A stretch of DNA of 32,000 bases, from assembly GCF_004745825.1 (NCBI RefSeq), contig NZ_SRLA01000005.1:97106-129105 (forward strand), read 5' to 3'. This DNA is from Hymenobacter fodinae (lineage in GTDB: Bacteria; Bacteroidota; Bacteroidia; Cytophagales; Hymenobacteraceae). The position numbers and the translations under genes are program-made. The notes under the pieces were generated by a model. That model did not search any database. It worked only from the letters and a program-made list of their open reading frames with translations, and had not been told where the DNA came from. Shown here piece after piece: positions 31,638-32,000 of this stretch; the stretch's first letter is position 1; each line of letters starts with the position of its first letter.

Positions 31638-32000
31638 ATGTCATCAGTCAATAAAGTAACCCTTATCGGGCGGGTCGGCAAAGACCCAGAAATCCGCAGC
31701 TTTCAAAGCGGTGGCCGCTACGCCAATTTCAGCGTAGCCACCTCGGAAAGCTGGAAAGACAAAGCCACCGGCGAGCGCAAGGAAAAGACCGAGTGGCACA
31801 ACGTTTCTGTGACCAATGAGGCGCTGGTCGGCGTGATCGAACGCTTCGTCAAGAAAGGCTCCAAGCTGTATCTCGAAGGCCAGTTGCAGACCCGCAAGTG
31901 GACCGACAACAACGGGGCTGAGCGCTACAGTACCGAGGTGGTTTTAAAGCCTTTTGCCGGCGAGATCGTTTTGCTGGACAGTAGGCAGGACAACGATACG
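31638..32000 (+). CDS. ssb: single-stranded DNA-binding protein (3' end truncated by the window)
   Basis: My own translation from ATG 31638 gives MSSVNKVTLIGRVGKDPEIRSFQSGGRYANFSVATSESWKDKATGERKEKTEWHNVSVTNEALVGVIERFVKKGSKLYLEGQLQTRKWTDNNGAERYSTEVV, the canonical SSB OB-fold. It is absent from the ORF track because it is open at the window end. Confidence 0.85.
   Translation, partial: MSSVNKVTLIGRVGKDPEIRSFQSGGRYANFSVATSESWKDKATGERKEKTEWHNVSVTNEALVGVIERFVKKGSKLYLEGQLQTRKWTDNNGAERYSTEVVLKPFAGEIVLLDSRQDNDT

Larger units (their letters stand above)
1482..32000. mobile_element. siphovirus-type prophage (packaging, head, tail, lysis, replication and recombination modules); ends not defined within the window
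   Basis: A contiguous, syntenic set of phage genes as listed above. No integrase, att site or tRNA is visible in the window, so the boundaries are unknown. The right end continues beyond 32000. Confidence 0.85.

Noticed and set aside
30841-31681. Minus-strand ORFs of 231 aa and 111 aa antisense to erf and the DUF2312 gene
   Set aside because: They are antisense shadows of well-supported plus-strand genes, with a Cys/Arg-rich composition.
1-32000. Search for CRISPR arrays, tRNA/tmRNA/rRNA genes, an integrase and att direct repeats
   Set aside because: By eye I found no regularly spaced repeat-spacer array, no cloverleaf-like sequence and no integrase-like ORF. A weak similarity between the island flanks (CTGAAAACA at 23610-23618 and CTGAAACAG at 28597-28605) is too short to call a target-site duplication.

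Overview
The window is almost entirely a GC-rich (about 60% from hand counts of sampled lines) siphovirus-type prophage. Nearly all structural genes are on the minus strand. Read in the minus direction the order is: Cro-like HTH, RusA-like resolvase, replication organiser with internal iterons, a second replication-module protein, then a foreign low-GC island on the plus strand. After the island come a small ORF, TerS, TerL, a LamG+SASA/SGNH esterase, portal, MuF-like head protein, scaffold and major capsid. These are followed by head-tail connectors, tail tube, the G/GT chaperone pair (-1 frameshift), tape measure, tail tip and fibre genes, a lysis cassette (GH24 endolysin, holin-like protein, Rz/Rz1) and an HNH endonuclease. 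At the right edge a divergent plus-strand operon encodes a small protein, Erf recombinase, a DUF2312/GapR-like protein and SSB (truncated by the window end). At the left edge, convergent with HNH, is a small mobilisation module (RHH/MobC-like protein plus a minimal MobA/VirD2-type relaxase) with an oriT-like motif upstream. The most interesting region is the opposite-strand, low-GC island at about 23.6-28.6 kb, between the replication and packaging modules. It carries (i) a tightly linked pair, a 253-aa protein with no motif I recognise plus a PIN-domain nuclease with a C-terminal extension, which I propose as a candidate undescribed two-gene defence or toxin system; and (ii) a BcgI-like Type IIB restriction-modification pair (fused PD-ExK endonuclease and gamma-class N6-adenine methyltransferase, plus a separate HsdS-like specificity subunit). 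Other points of note: two conserved genes (endolysin, RusA) whose conserved N-termini lie upstream of any canonical start codon, an exact A AAA AAC slippery site for the tail chaperone, lambda-style iterons inside the replication gene, and a 260-nt out-of-frame gene overlap. All functional calls come from reading motifs in the translations. No database search was run.
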